This document shows, one piece after another, positions 19,291 to 34,200 of a stretch of DNA of 64,000 bases. The translations under genes were made by a program, and so were the position numbers. How positions within the stretch are numbered: the first letter of the stretch is position 1; each line of letters opens with the position of its first letter. The notes beneath the pieces are model-generated. The model worked only from the letters and a program-made list of their open reading frames with translations, was not told the DNA's origin and searched no databases. The DNA is from Diplonema japonicum. Taxonomy: Eukaryota > Protista > Euglenozoa: Diplonemea. The DNA is taken from the NCBI GenBank assembly GCA_964019335.1, contig OZ025657.1, positions 744,001 through 808,000 of the forward strand. The letters are read 5' to 3'.

Positions 19291-22200
19291 ATGCGGTCCA
19301 GCACGTGCGCGCAGCGCAATGCGCTGCCTACACAGCTGCTGCTGATAGCAGCAATGATGGTAACGCTTCTGCCGCAAGGAGCAGGAGCGGACCAATGCGG
19401 CCCGAAAGGGCTGCGTACGGCAACGGGAGCCGTGTTGCATACCGACATAAAGCACCTGGCGGCCAGCGTGTTCCAAAAGACGGACGCGGAGATGAGTGCG
19501 AGGAAAGCAGCTGTGCTGTGTTCAAGCGGATGCACGCACACGGCACCCGACCTGACGAAGCACACTCCCATCAAGATCCAAGTGGTGAACTTGCTGGACG
19601 ACGCGAAATACGCGTGCCAAGCCGAAGGGGCAACGATTGTGTCCGCGGTAGACCCCAACGACGGGTCAAGTGGAACGGTCACGTGCACAGCGGCGATGGT
19701 GATGAGCAAACTGCAGAAGGAGGCGCTGCTGGCGGCGGTGAACAAAGCCGTGATACGAGTGAAGAACGCAATCATGCCTATCCGGTACAGTGATGACGAG
19801 AAGACCGTGGCGCTGAGTGGGGATGTGGCGAATTGCGCAGCGAAGGGAACAAGGGACCCGCTGAGCAGCATCCCTCTGCAGGCTGTGACAGCCGACTTGG
19901 TTCTGTTCGTTGCGGCCAACCCTGTGAAGCGAGTGACGGGGCAAGGGACAGCAATCGACATTAACGCTGCGGGCTGGCCCTGTCATTTCGTGGAGAAGAC
20001 GAACCGACCAAATGTGGGATACCTCACTTTCAACGCAGAGCAGGTGTTCGTTGAGGCAGATGAGGCAGGGTACATGTCGTCAGTGGCACTGCACGAGTTG
20101 GTACAGATCTTGGGATGGACACCTGAGCTTGTGTCAAAGTGGGTGAAATGGGATTCTGGATACTCGACACCTACGCCTTTGGCAGCGAGCGAAATCGTGA
20201 CTGAAGCAGATCGCCCGAACAAAGCAAGTTATAACTCGGATGCCGTTCGCTTGCGCCTGTGGTACCTCAGCAACCCGTCATACCACAACTGGCCAGGAGT
20301 CGAACCTGGAATGGAAGGGTTTTTGTCGTGGCAGCAGACGAGCCCTGTGGGAACAACACCGAAAGCGACGTTAATGAAGCTCCCAACGGTTCTAGCGAAG
20401 GGGCGGGAACACTTCGGGTGTGCAACTCTGCAGGGGGTAGAGGTGGAGGATTATACGTTTGACGCGATGGGGTCTGGTACCGCTTTCACCGAGTTCCCTC
20501 AGATGTTCACTATGTTCTGGGAGAAGCGTATTCTGAACGGGGAGGTGATGAACATGAAGGTGGAAGTAGGGTCCGTACTATCGCCGCTCACGATCGCGCT
20601 GCTGCAGGACACTGGGTTCTACAAAGCAGATTTCGCAGCGTCTGAATCGCTCTCTTACGGGAAAAACGCAGGGTGCTGGATGCCAGAACAGCACTGTTCG
20701 AAATGGCCGACTTCGCACCAGTGTTTTTTTCATAACAGCTACTCAACACCGGCAAGCAGCAGCACGCAGTGTCTTCCGGACCGGAAGGCTATCGGACAGT
20801 GCAACGGGGTTCTCCCAACATCGCTGTTTGATCCCCCGCGTGTGCCGAGGGAGTACATCCACGCCGACACCTGGCAGTACCTCACGGAGTACCCGATCCC
20901 CGTGTACGCGACAGGGAGTCTGGACCCGTACTTTTGGGAGCACATGGCAAGGGCCTCCGGAGGTTGTGACGCGATGATGGACTACTGTGTGGTGTGGAAG
21001 CAGGCAGAAAGGCGCGAGGGGTGCCTCAGTGTCGCGAATGGAAACAACAACAACGAAGACTGCAACACGGGCTTTTGTAGTGTGTACGGAGAGTCCGGAG
21101 AGTCGTCGAGGTGCTTCGTAGGGGACGTAACGTTAGAGTCGTCGCTGGCGAGGCCACGCGGAAGGTGCCTCCGCAGTGCGTGTACAGCAGTGTCTCCTGG
21201 AAAATTCGAGCTGGAAGTGTCGGTTGGTAATACGATAGTTAAGTGCACGCAGGCTGGGAAGCTGACAGTTTCAGGGGCGACTACGCCGCTTGGTGCGCTT
21301 CAGGGTTCGATCGTGTGCCCGAACCCGGACACCTTCTGCGCAAACGAAGTAGAGAAGCCGAGGCCAGTGGAACTAGAGCTGCTGTCTGCACCATTGGTGA
21401 CGCGGGCGGGTGAGGAACGCGACTTCTGGATCAAAGGGATGCAGGGGGGCGAAACTTATCGCGGCCACGTAGAAGTAGTGATGTGCGTGGTGAGCGGGGA
21501 CCCATCACTGATCGACGTGTCGACGAAGGGGGCGACTTGCCAGCGCCTCGCTGACTATGACCTCACTGGGAAAGACTGCCCGGGGCTGAGCATCGACGCA
21601 GGACCGACGACAGCAGCGGAGTGCCACGCAGCGTGCTGCGCAGACTCGGGATGCGGGGCCTGGCAGTGGAAGACTAATCGGGTATGCGTCCGCGGAGCAA
21701 ACGGGGCGAGTTGCACGGCCGGAGGTGCGACAATAGAGGTCGGAGCGAAAATCTCACACACGGTGACGGCAACACCTCCCGAGGGGGCGCTCGGGTCGGG
21801 CGAAACGTGTCTTGTGCAATACGTGACACGGTTCGGGTTTGACCTAGGAAGCTCTTTGTTCACGGTAGGTTACGCGCGTTTTGCGGCAACTTTCCGCACT
21901 CTTGGTGCAAAGCTCCTGTTCTATGGAAAAGGCGAAGGATTCTCGAACTACGTGACGAAAGTGCTATCAGTGGTACCAGGACTCCCGGCACGTGTGCGCT
22001 TCAGCGAGCCAGCGGAGAACTCTATGATTGGAAGCGGGCGCCCTTTCACAGTAACTCTGGACGTTGTGGACAGCCTGGGTAACCCGTCGAATGGAAGGTT
22101 GCGAGGTGCAACGTGTCCGTGGGGGTCGATGGCTGACGTCACAGACTCAGACCTCGGGGCAGACTTCACGCTGTCCATGGCAGGCAACTGCTACAAGTAC

Positions 22201-25200
22201 TTTGCTGAGCCCCTGTCTAGAGCACAGGCTACTGCGGCGTGTGCGGCGGAAGGGGCAACCTTGGCTGGAGTCCCGTCGATGGAGGTGCAAGAGCTTCTGC
22301 GGGGGCGTGCTGCTGTGGAGTGGTGGACGGGGCTGCAGGTTGCATCAACAACGGCGCGCCCGTTCACAGTGGAATGGGACTCTGGGACGGACAACACATG
22401 GTGGAACAGCGTGTACGGGGACAGCTCCTCGTCAGACTACGCATCAGACAGTTTCGACAAGGGGTGCTGTGCAGGACTGTGGAAGGAAGGGGTCACTACT
22501 TACCAGAAGACCTCGGCGTACCTTGCAAACCCGACAATCGACCGATGCATCAAGTTCCGAAACAGCGGGGGTGCATACCGCTACGCTGCAGAGGACTGTG
22601 AAACAGCGCTCCCATTCTTTTGCCAGTACCGCCCGCATGTGGAGGTGACATTGGCGAGTGAAGACTCGAACATCGTGACGGCAGCTCCTGCAGCAATCAC
22701 AGGGTCACGCTTGACGGTGTCGCTTACTGTGACGCGGAACGCTCCGACATCAGCGATGCAGTCGCCACCGAACGTTTATCTCAGCGTTGGCACATCGTCT
22801 TCTTTCATCGAGGGGGATAGACGTAACTTGTGGTTCGAAACACAGACAGCATCGAGCTTGCGCACGGTGGTACTGGACCAAGGGAGCCCAGCAAGCTTCC
22901 GGACAGTGACGGCAGGAGAGACCTTCCGCATCGTGGTGAACTCGATGGACGGTGACACGTTCGTACCGTGGTCAGAGTCAATCATGCTGAACGCGCGCTA
23001 TGAGAACGGAGAGGCAACCACGACGGCATCGTTTGTGTGCACCAGCCAGGTGCAGGACCAGTGCACATGGACGGTGAGCGGATTCACGAAGGTGGGGAGG
23101 GTCATAATAACGGCCTCGTCTGGGGAACTGGACCCAATCCCGACGGCTGTGCACGTGAAGGTAGTAGCAGGGCCGCCGACGCAGATCAAGCCGCTAGAAT
23201 GCCCAGTTTCCGGGAAGTTTGGAGTGGTCCTCGGGACCGCAAAATTCCAGATCTGCGACATGTATGGAAACAAAGTGTGCAACAGTGCAGGGATGGAAGT
23301 GTTCCTGTCAGGAAGTGCAAAGCAGCCGCTGACAAGCTCGTTCGTGACGAGATGCAACGGGGCAGCTACGCCAACAGACTGCTGCCGTGGGCTGACGGGA
23401 CAAGGGGTGGATGTTTGCCAGGAGGCTGGATGCTTGTGGGGGACCGAGCAGAACGACCAGAAAGTGTGCCCTGCGGGAACGTGCTGCTACTCGAGGAACG
23501 GACAGGACCTGGCACCGCGGGAGGGTGGAACTGGGGTAGTCGGAGTGTCGTGGCCAGAGCCGGAGAAGCTGTGCTTCCCTAACAAGTACGGTGTACTGTA
23601 CAAGAGCAGGGAACACGCGAACCCAGGGCTCGGGAACTGCAACTTTAACTTAGAGGAACACTCCGACTATGAAGACTGGTTCTACTTTACCCCGACGCGG
23701 ACGGGGGTGCTCACCCTTGAAACGGAGGGGCGCGACGTCACAGTGCAAAAGCCGAACGAGTATGCAGCGATTGGTGAGATGTGTTCGCCAGTTGCAAAGG
23801 AAACAGGGTCGCTGACGCAGCACGACACATACGTGTGGGCAAACGCGCAGTACTGCGACCTGACAGGTGTATTGTCGCACCAGTGGGACGCTGTGAAGTG
23901 TATGAGTACCGCAATGACAGAAAGCGCTTGTGAATCACGATGTACAAGTGCGGGTGCTGTGTCTGGATCCAGCCCATGCATCGGTTATCAGTACTCCGCT
24001 CTGTCGAAGGAGGAGAAAGGCAGGAGTTTAGAGAGAGAGTTGACGGTGAACGCGCAGCGCATCGGTTGTACGAACCCTGGAGTGAACTGGGATACGACAG
24101 TGCTGAGCACAGTGTCCCAAGCGACAAGGATAGCGCTGCTGTTCGAGGCGTGCAAGGCGGTGCGAGACAACAGCGGAGCGACAGCACAACAGACGGAAAT
24201 GTGTTGTGGGAAAGATGCTTCAGGGGCACCGCTCCCGTGCACAGTGACACAATGTCAACCGCTGACACAGTGGGCGAAGACGTCATGCCCGGCAACACAC
24301 CCCTTCGCCTATGTTGACGGGTCAACGGGAGATCACCAGTGCTGCTCTGATTCAACGTTGACAGGCACAAACGTGCAGGGGAGGAGCTGCACGCCTGGAA
24401 ACTCCGTGAAATGCCCTGCCCTGCAAGCAGAAGACGCAGGGGGTAGCTACACAGTGAGCGTGACCTCAGCGATCCCGGGGAAGGCCGCAATCACAGCTAT
24501 CTTCTGGGGAACGAAGGGAAGGGTTCCAGGAACTCACTGGGTGGCTCTCGCAAGCGCCTCGGCGTCGGACTGTCCCACTGAACAAGCATGGGTACTAAGT
24601 GATCCACAGGGAGACGGGGATATCGTGGCTTGGCTGGCGTGCACGGTATCCGGTGGGGCAGCCGATCAGGTGCAAGTAACTGGGCAGCAGTTCCGTTCGC
24701 AGTCTGTGCGTCCAGAGAGGATGTTCTTGGGGTGCTACGCGAGCGGGTCCTCAGTGGCGTGGACGAGCCCAGTGATCCGTGCGACAGTTGATGCATGTGC
24801 TGAGTCATGCCTCGGGTTCGACTTCTGGTCCATGGGGTGTGCAAAGGCTGCAGGAACGTTTGAGTGCCGTTGTGGATCAGGGTCACTTTCAAACCCCCTG
24901 GAGCCGTACCTGTGCTGGGGGGGGAACTCCTCCGCAACATGCGACGGAGGCACAGAGCAAGGGTCGCACGGAGACGTTACCTACGGGACAGGGGGAGACG
25001 CGACGATCGCAGTGTACGGAGCAAACACAAACACCACCCTCCAGGGACAGGTTCCGTGCACAGACTTCTACTCCTTCGATGAGAGGCGCTGCGAGTTGTT
25101 CATGGAGGGGCGAGACGTGGCGGATCAGATCCTGTATGCATCTGGCTACGAGGACTTCCAGCGCGGGCAGCGCGGGAATGACAACGGGCTGACGAATCAG

Positions 25201-28200
25201 TTGCTCACGGCAACAGCTGCAGTTGCGGGGTCCGGAACCACAATCTGTAAGAAAAGGGGTGCTACTTACAGGATGGGGAAGAAAGGTGATTACAGTATGC
25301 AGGTGTTTGGGCCTGTGCAGACACAAGCGGAGCTAAAATCGCCATGGCTGTTCCTCTCGAGCCTCTGGACATGTGCACCATTCAACGTAGCCCCAGTAAA
25401 CCGCACAGCCGCGCAGCAGTGGAGTGGTAACGTGGAGGTTGGGCAGTGGTACGTTGCGAAGGTGAACGCTCTGGAGAAGCGCTCGTCGTGGCCGTCTGCA
25501 CCCCCGATGTTCACGGTGATTCAGAGGTACTCGGGGATGAACGGTGCCATCGCTCCGACGGACGCTCTGCTCGGATGCGGGGCGTCGTCTCCCGACGATG
25601 GTGAGGACTCGGATGCGGAGTGCACACCTGGGAAACCGTGCAACCCTACATGCGGTGTGGTAGAGTTCAACGGAGCACTCCTGGAAGGTGAAGCAGGCCA
25701 GTGCTCGAGTCAAACGCTGCAGCTCTCAGCTACGTCACCAACGATCGCAGAACCCGGGGTGTGCAGAGTTGCCATGGGATGCGTTGAGTTCCAGCTCACG
25801 GTACCTGCGGAGATCACCTCAGGAGATATTGTCCCTGCTGGGGCAGTTTTCTTTAAAGTAGTGTCGTCGGGGATCCCAAGTGGCTCAGGGACAGACCCAT
25901 TGGACCAGATGACGACGCAAGGGGAGGAGGTGGAGTGGATGTTAACGGTAAGGGACTGCAACGGGATGGTGGTGAGAATCTGGTCCTCATCATCAGGTTC
26001 TGGTTCGGGGGCCCTCACGGGCACGTTGATGCCTGTGTGGAGCTCGAATGGGCTGTCATCACAACCCGAGTGGGCACCGAAGGGGTACCTTGGTGTATGT
26101 GATGAGTTGCAGTTCACGCTCTCGTCGCCGTCGCACCCTGTGAAGACGGTGCGTGCCCGCACAACTGTGATCCCAGCGAACCCTCACGAAGTGTCGATCG
26201 TACAGAACATCCCTGCATGCTTTGAGGCGTGCGATCCGGCGGTGGTGTTCGGCTGCTCGCGCCTCACCTGGTCGGTAGAGCTTCTCACGCAGGCGGGGAC
26301 ACGGGCGACGACAGCCGCCGGAGACAACGTACGCTGCATGGCATCCGTAGCGAGGCAGGACCCTGGTACTGGTGTGTGGAGTCCATCGCAGTTTGCTGTC
26401 GGGGCATCGATCGAAGCGACAACCACGAACGGATTTGCTTCATTCGAAGCTGCGTACACTGTACCAGGAAACATCAAGATCACAACTGTGTGTGAATGCT
26501 CGACATGTGCGATGGACGGGCGGTCAGTAGTGCTGGCTGGGGGAGCAGCAGGATCGACTGAAGTGCTTCCTGCGGCCCCATCTCAGCTTGCATGCACGCG
26601 GAGCCCGGATGCAGAAGCCGGTGTACTGGCAACAGCACCATTTCCAGTAGCAGTTGCTGTTCGCGATGCTTACGGAAACTCTGTCGGAGAACGAGTGGAA
26701 GGAATGAACCTCATGGTGACGGCATCAGGCCCTTCTGGTATACTTTCTGGGACCGCTCGTTCTTATGCAGGGAGCTCGGGCGAGGCGCTGTGGCATGGAT
26801 TGAGTTACAACAAAGCGGTGTCAATCTCGCTTCGCGTATCTGTGATGCGCCCTTTCCTCGGGGGGTCAAACGAGTGGAAATATGACGGGTGCTTCAACGA
26901 TATGGATACAAACCCTCTCATCGGAGGGGCCTCGTGCGATAAGAGAGTGGTGCTCCCTGGGATGACACCGGAGATCTGTGCGAAGGAGTGCAGCATGTAC
27001 CCCACCATGGCGATGACGTCCGCGAACCCGGGGGCTCCTGCCACGATTTGCATGTGCTCGCGAGCGAAAACCCTCGTAGCATCGTATGGACGTGCGTCGC
27101 GATCGTACTGCGCGAACCCAGGGTGCGCAGGAGACACAAGCAAGCCATGCGGGGCAAAAGTGAACACCGATGGACGCTACGTTGCGGTGTACTACAGGGA
27201 CACTCTGTACCCGCATCCGATCCCCCCCGTGCAGTGTCCAGGGTTCGATGTGCACCCAAATCGCCCTCACTCACTGCGCCTGGTAGGGCAACCTTGCTCA
27301 GACAGCGGGGAAGAAACCTATGAAGGGAGGTGCGGTCAATCGGACATGCCCGGGGCGTGCAAACAGGCGGCAGTTGGTCAGTCTCTAATTTTCAATGTAG
27401 ATGTGCTAGACGCAGGAGGCAACCTTGCGGACACAGCAGGGCAGTACCAGCACCTTGCAGCGAGTGACGGCAAGTGCCACTCCGTAGTGAGTGTGACTGA
27501 GGGCACAAAGGGCGGACTCACACCGACAGAGACGGCATGCAACGCAGCAAACCCTCGGGATCCTCGCGTATCGCTGACGATTGCAGCAGCCGGAGACCCT
27601 GGGAGCTTCTCAAATGGGGGTCCGCGTTCCTACCGCTCGCTTGGATCTCACCTGAGGTTTGTGGCAGCGTATACCAAGGCAGACTGCTTGGTAGTGAAAG
27701 CTGTGGCGGATGGGCTGCTGAGCACGAAAGTGTCGAACGAGTTGTGCTTCCACGCAGGGCCCGTGACTACGATCGAGGTGACCGGAACACCAACAGAAGT
27801 GGCAGCGTTCGCACCGTTCCCCCCTTCACGGGCGACAGTGACAGACGCACTCGGGAACGTGGTGCGCTGGAGTAACGAAAGGGTACACATTTCGCCTCAT
27901 GACGACGGGACGGAAGCCGGGGCGGACTCAGAGTGCTTGGATGCCGGACTTACTCGATCGCTAAACAGTTTAAGCCTTCCAGGGAGAGTTGCACCCGACG
28001 GGTCGCAGTCGACAGAACCGTACCAGCCAACCGCTTTCCTCACAGCAGGGGAAACTACCTTTGGAGGGTTCACTTACCACGCACTGGAGGACGGGTTTTC
28101 GACGGAGTGCTTCCGTCTCATGGTGAGGTTGAAGAGGGACTCAGCGGTACCACAAGTATACGGATGCTCACCTAGCGACTCGCTAGATCTGATCTCGAAG

Positions 28201-31200
28201 CTCTCTATCACTGAAGATGAATACAGCACGGTCGAAGGGTTGTCTGATAGGATTGTGATCACAGGACCCAAGCTGGTACTACTGCAGCCGCAGTCAAACC
28301 CGCTAAAGGTGCGAGCTGGAGAGTTCTTCAACGTGCGGGTGTCAGTGACACTTGGAGACGGGCGAAAATGTTGGGAAGGAGGAGTCGTGTGTGACATCAA
28401 CTTCTCAGTGCGACTGGAGCAACTGAGCGGCCCAAGCAGAGTGTGCCAGAAGTGCAACAAGGACGTGGCAGCGAGCAGCGGTGACGTTGCTTCAATCAAC
28501 TACTTAGACCGTAAAGTAGCGGGGACATACACTTATGCAATCTGGGCAAAGGCGGCAAGTGGGGGGAGCTTTGCCCCGATCTACCTCACGGTGATCGTGG
28601 TGCCAGACCAGCCGTACGCGCTGGAGTTCCTGTCCTGTCCAAAGAACAGCTTTCAGATGGAGACGCATATCGCAGGGAAGACCTTCGAGAGGAAGGTACA
28701 GGTGCAAGACAAGTATCGAAACCCGACAACTGGGTGGGAAAACCCAATTGTGCTCGCTGCAGAGTACCGCAGGGGGTCACTGAAGCTGCGGGAGTGGCAG
28801 TCGGCACCACCGACGGCAACAGCAACAACGTCTCCGACCGCGCTTTTCCAGGTTTCCATCACGCAGGCGCTGTTGGGAGACATGTATACAGTCGTTGCAA
28901 CGTCGAGAGGGCTGTATACCCCGAAAGCAATCCAGCAGAGCGGGTCGCAGATTGCACAGCTGGGTGGAAACACTGGGTCATCAGCGGTAGCTGCACCAGC
29001 GCCGAAACAGCTGGAACTCGCGCTCGCGCTGTGCCCGTACATCGCGGTGAAGCCAGACCGACCGGTGAAATGCAGGGCACGCATCGATGTTGGTAGCAAG
29101 GACCGCTCGATGCTGAAGGCAGGGTCAGACTTCATTGTGAAGGTGCAGTTTTTTGACCAGTATGACAATCTTATAACGCAGCAGCTGTCGCAGGCGGGGA
29201 GGGAGGCAACAGTTTCGCTACACGCACCTCCTAGCGGTGTGCAACCTAAGGGAAGGCTGCAAGGAATAACGAGGAGAGTCGTGACAGGGGCACAACTGGT
29301 GTTCCCGGGACTGTCTTACGAGAAGGCACCGGACACGATCACAGTTGCAGTTGCGGTTCCTGGAGTAGAAGAGATCGCTGCGTGCATGACCGAGCCCCTG
29401 CGCATCATCCCTGACGACCCAAGTGAGCTGAAGATTGTGGAAATCAAGGAGAAGACCGGGGGGAACGTAGCCAAACCAGCACTCGCAGCAATTGTTGGGC
29501 CCTCTGGTGGGGTAAGCGGCTCTCCGCTCTTTGCAGGGGAAAAGTTCTGCGTGGGGGTCGAGGTGCGTGATCGCTTTGGAAATGTGGTAGACGAAACGGA
29601 CCCTGAGGTGAGGAAGCGCTACAGGGCAGCGACTTCGCAGGGACCTACGGGGATGATCCCGCCGTTTGTGCCGCGCCCTTTCGGCGGACTTGGGGGACCA
29701 CCGGGATCCTTCAGTCCGGGAGTGGTCGAGCCGACCCCACCTGGAATACCGTCGCCTCCCGGCCTCAGTCTGCTGCAACTGTTGGGTGGGGGTCCACCTC
29801 CGAACCTTGTGCCGCCAGGTGGGCCTCCTGGGATTGGTGGTATCAGACCACCACTTCCGCTTGGAGGAAGTGGCCCCCCGACGCCGCAACTGGTGCCGTC
29901 GAAACCCGCTATGCGTATAGTGAGACTGACGAGGAAGCAGTGCACACCAGACGCTTGCAAGAGCGGGTCTGAAACGCTTAAGGGAACGACGAGCCTGTCG
30001 AGGCGGGACGGGAGATACAAGTTCTGTGAGATGTGGTACGAGCACTCTGAGTGTATCATTGTGAAAGCGTCGTCAGAAGGGCTGCGTCCGGACACAACAC
30101 AAAAGATCTGTGTAGACCATGCAATCTGGGCCTCGCTGCAGTGCGATTCAGAAGTGAGAAGGGTACCGCAGTACCGTCCGATGGGCCAGTTCCTGGGTAC
30201 GCTGAGGGACAGATATGGGAACTTAGTGACGAACTGCGCACGTGACTTTGCCGGGGGGTGCTCAATAAAAATACAAGAGATGGAGGAGGGTGACGGGTAC
30301 ACCCCGGGTGGCGCACTGACAAACCCCGGACTGCCATCGGGCCAGCTTGTTGCAACAACAACACCTCAGGGGAACCTCGAGGCGACAGCAGCGTCCGGAA
30401 GTCCATATGTCACTTTCAATAACCTCTACTACACAAGAGGACGTCCTCAGTCAGACCCACTCCGTCTAGAGCTAGCAGGGTCAGCCTCTGTGAGGGCAGC
30501 TTGTAGCGGTCCGGAAGCTTACCCGATTGTAGTTGTGGGACTGCGCATCTTGTGCGTTGACTCACCTGCGGAGGTGACAGCGGGAGAGGAGTTCATGGTG
30601 TCAGGAGAGGTAAGCTATTGGAATGCGACAACGGACTCATTTAAAAAGGTGACATGTCCCGGAAACAGACAATGCGAAACGAAATCGTTCCTCTCGGCAA
30701 CGGGATCATCGAGCCCAAAAGAAGAGCAGCGCTTCAACCTGCGCAACGGGGCGAGCGGTGTGCCAACGGCAGTTCCGGGCTGCTCTGCGTTCGGAACGGA
30801 GGCAACGTGCACGGCATCAGGCTTCCCTGAGTGCAGCTGGGCGACGCGCATGAAGTACCCGTTTGACATGAACACGGGAGCGGCATGTCAAAGCTCAAGT
30901 TTGACAGGTGTGATGGCATCGGCTGGTGAAGTGGAATTCCTGAACTTGCGCTTCCACCGCACAGGGACTGTGACGCCTGTTATCACACCGCGCTCACCGA
31001 CGGTGAGCACGCAAGCGTGGATCGCAGGGCTGCCAGTCCCTACTTCAGACGAAGAGGATGAAGCTCCGCCAGGAGAGTGCCCACCGCTGAAAGTGGTGGC
31101 TGATACGGCCTATGAGCTCTGCATGGGATCGACGATTGGGGTAGGGAATGCTCCAGCTCCCGCGGCAGGAACAGGGTTGCTGCTCGCAGTAGGGTTCCAG

Positions 31201-34200
31201 AGTGCTCCGTTCTCCATTGTACAAGGGCTTCTGTCGAGGCAACTGTGTTCTGCGGAGTGTAAGACGCGCGTGAGGTGCAGGCGATGGACGTACACTCAAG
31301 ACGAAAATTGCGAACTCAGGGATGCAACATCTGATACTGCAACGGTGGCACCAGGAGCGGTTAGCGGCTGCAGTGTTAACTACGTGGCAGATGCAGTGTG
31401 TGCAAGCGCAGTCCCCGCTGGTGGGTGTGAGAAATGCGTTGCGAACCCAGTTGGGTCGTGCGGAACTTGCCCTCCGTCAACGGTGCTGGCAGGGCAGCCA
31501 CTCACTTTCGCAGCACGCGTGCACGATATGTTTGGGAACCTCCTGGACGAGCGACACACAAAGAAGGTTGAAGTAACGTGTCGCGCAACGTCAGGGCCGA
31601 GGCGCAACCCCATGTACGAGGCGCGGCTGTATCCATGGGGCACAATGAAGTTGCTCTCAGCACAGTTCGAGGATGGGACCCTTGGGATTGCTTCAACTGT
31701 GACACCAAAGATCAAGGTAACGGGGACCTACGGAATTACTTGTTGGGCAGATGTGTGGGAAACAGATGGGACGATCCGCTCCGGGTTGCCTGCAGAGACA
31801 AACCCTGAAGAGGAAGGTGGAGTGGTGTGGACACCCGTTCTGAACAGGCAGTCGTACGATGTGGGGGAGAGCACCTTTGATCGTCTCTTGGAGTCAGCCC
31901 CGAACAACATTCTGAAGAGGGCATGCCCAGGGTGCCCTGGGCGCTTGCATCGTGAGATCTACATGCGCCGCTACACGGCACCCGCGGAGGGGACTACCTC
32001 CGTCTACGAGATGGTGAAGAGCCGCTGGACCGGGGGTGCAGACCCAGTCCCCAGAAATGTACTTGGGGTAGACTTCAAGCTCTACTCCACCTACGAGGAC
32101 GCCCTAGCGGGGACAAACGATTGGACCTACTGCACGTCGGGGGAAGAGGCGATTTGCCAGGCTTTCAGCGGGAGCGAGACTGCGTGCAACGGTGCGCGCT
32201 TCTGCTCGTACAACACAACGACAACGGAATGCAGTTCTATCGAAGTAGGGTTCCCCGGGTGGTGTGACGTGTTCCAGTCGGACAATGACGGGAACTGGAA
32301 TTCATGGGAGTCGGAGGCTTCCGATGCCACGGTTGCAGGGGATGTGACTTTCTACATAGAGACGGCACCCGGGTGCTCCGAGGTAGACGGGAAACCGCTG
32401 GGAACAAGAAGGGAAACCGTGGGTCCCGCAGGCTCGCTCATGGAGTGTGTCGCGATGGTGAAGCAAATGTACCACGGGTTAAGCCAAGAGGAAGCGGCTG
32501 GGGCGTCGTGGGTAGACAACAAATGCTTTGCAGAGTTCATTGTGTCGTCAGGCTCGAGGACGGCAGGGTGGGCCACGGATACGGCAACCCCGTCGGCATG
32601 GAGGTCGTGCCAGTTCATCCAGGTGGAAGAGGCAACGTACTACCCAGGGACAGGAAACTGCCATTGTGAAGACGAGCGCTTGCAGACAAGGTTAAGGTGC
32701 CCGTGCTTTGCACCGCCGCCCAGCGACCCGAGGCTGCGCAAAGAATGCGGAGTGGAAGTGCTGCCGGCAGCAGCGGACCACCTAGAGTGCTTGGTGCGCT
32801 CGCCCGACGTATTCGCAGGAGAAGATATGTCTGTCGTGGTGTCGGTGAGGGACCGCTTCTCGAATAGGAAGACTGGTCTCTTCGGAAACTCAGTGTGGGT
32901 CACCACAGAGGGGCCAGCGGAGAATGGTGGTTTAGTGCCGATTATGCCGAATGCACCTTTGGAAGCCGGTGTTGCGGACATTACACTGCAGTACCACACT
33001 GCCGGAACCGTGACTATCCGGGTGGCAACAGACTTGACAGGTTTGGCAGGGAGGCCGTTTTCTTGCCCCGCAAAAGTGTTAAACATCGGGATATGTCCGC
33101 CGTGGAAGGTGTCGTGTGGGGGCATCCGTCCGCTGTGCTGCGCAGAAAAGCGACCTTGCCCTGGTGCGAACATGATGGCTACTTGTCCCGGAGACATGAC
33201 ACGCCTTGCGTTCCTATCGGAGCCGAAAGAAGTGCCTTGCGAAGATGATGGACACATCACGTCGGAGAGGCGCTTCCCAACGATCAAAATCGGAGTGTTT
33301 GACGGCCACAACAACCTGAAGAAGCTGACGGCAGTGAATGTGACGCTGGCAGTCGCAACTGACGGGCCTGAGGGTGTTCTCCCGACAGGAAAACTGAGTG
33401 GGACACTTTCAAAGCTGACAGTGGGTGGTGTCGCAACTTTCGACGACATTTCATATGATGTAGCAGAGGTGATCCGATTGAAGGCCGGAGCGATCGAGAA
33501 GGATGCGGTGGTGTCAGGAGCCACACTGCGTCTGCAGATGAGGTCCGCGAACATCGTGCGAGTGTGTCCTGGTGATATTTGCCGCCTTGTAGTGGAGCAG
33601 GCCCCCGCAACGTGCACGTTTGATGTTGTCAGCGCAGACCCCGTCGTAGTGAGGGCAGAGGACCGCGCAGGAAATTCCCTCCTTCCTTTCCAAACAGAGG
33701 ACTGTCAGATCACCCTGTCGGTTGCTAGGTCAAACAAGGTCACGCAGTCGTCTCAGGTGAACGACCCATCGAGCATCCAGGACGACCCGCTTCAATGGCA
33801 GCGCCTAGCAGATGCTGTACCCACGGCGCAAAATGACGAACAGTTACTCCAAGAAGAGCTTTTAGAGAGGGCTCTGTACATGCACTCCGTTTCTCGCGAA
33901 TCGGACGAGTCATTCGTGGTGTACGGGGGTGCTACGGTGCTTCCTGGCCTGGGGAAGACAGTAACGACAGAAGTGCTCGCAGCAAGGCCATCGTTCCTCC
34001 CGAACGGTGCACCCAGTCTGCGTGGGACTGCGTGGAGATTCAACATGCGCGAGCGGAAGTGGATGAAACTATGGAGCCCACCAACGGATTCGAGCGGCGC
34101 AGGCACGGAATACCCTGCAGCGAGGTTCGCACATGTTTCCGTGGCAGTGAGCTCAAGCACTGGGTCCAGGGAAACCTATTTGTTTGTATTCGGGGGAAGG

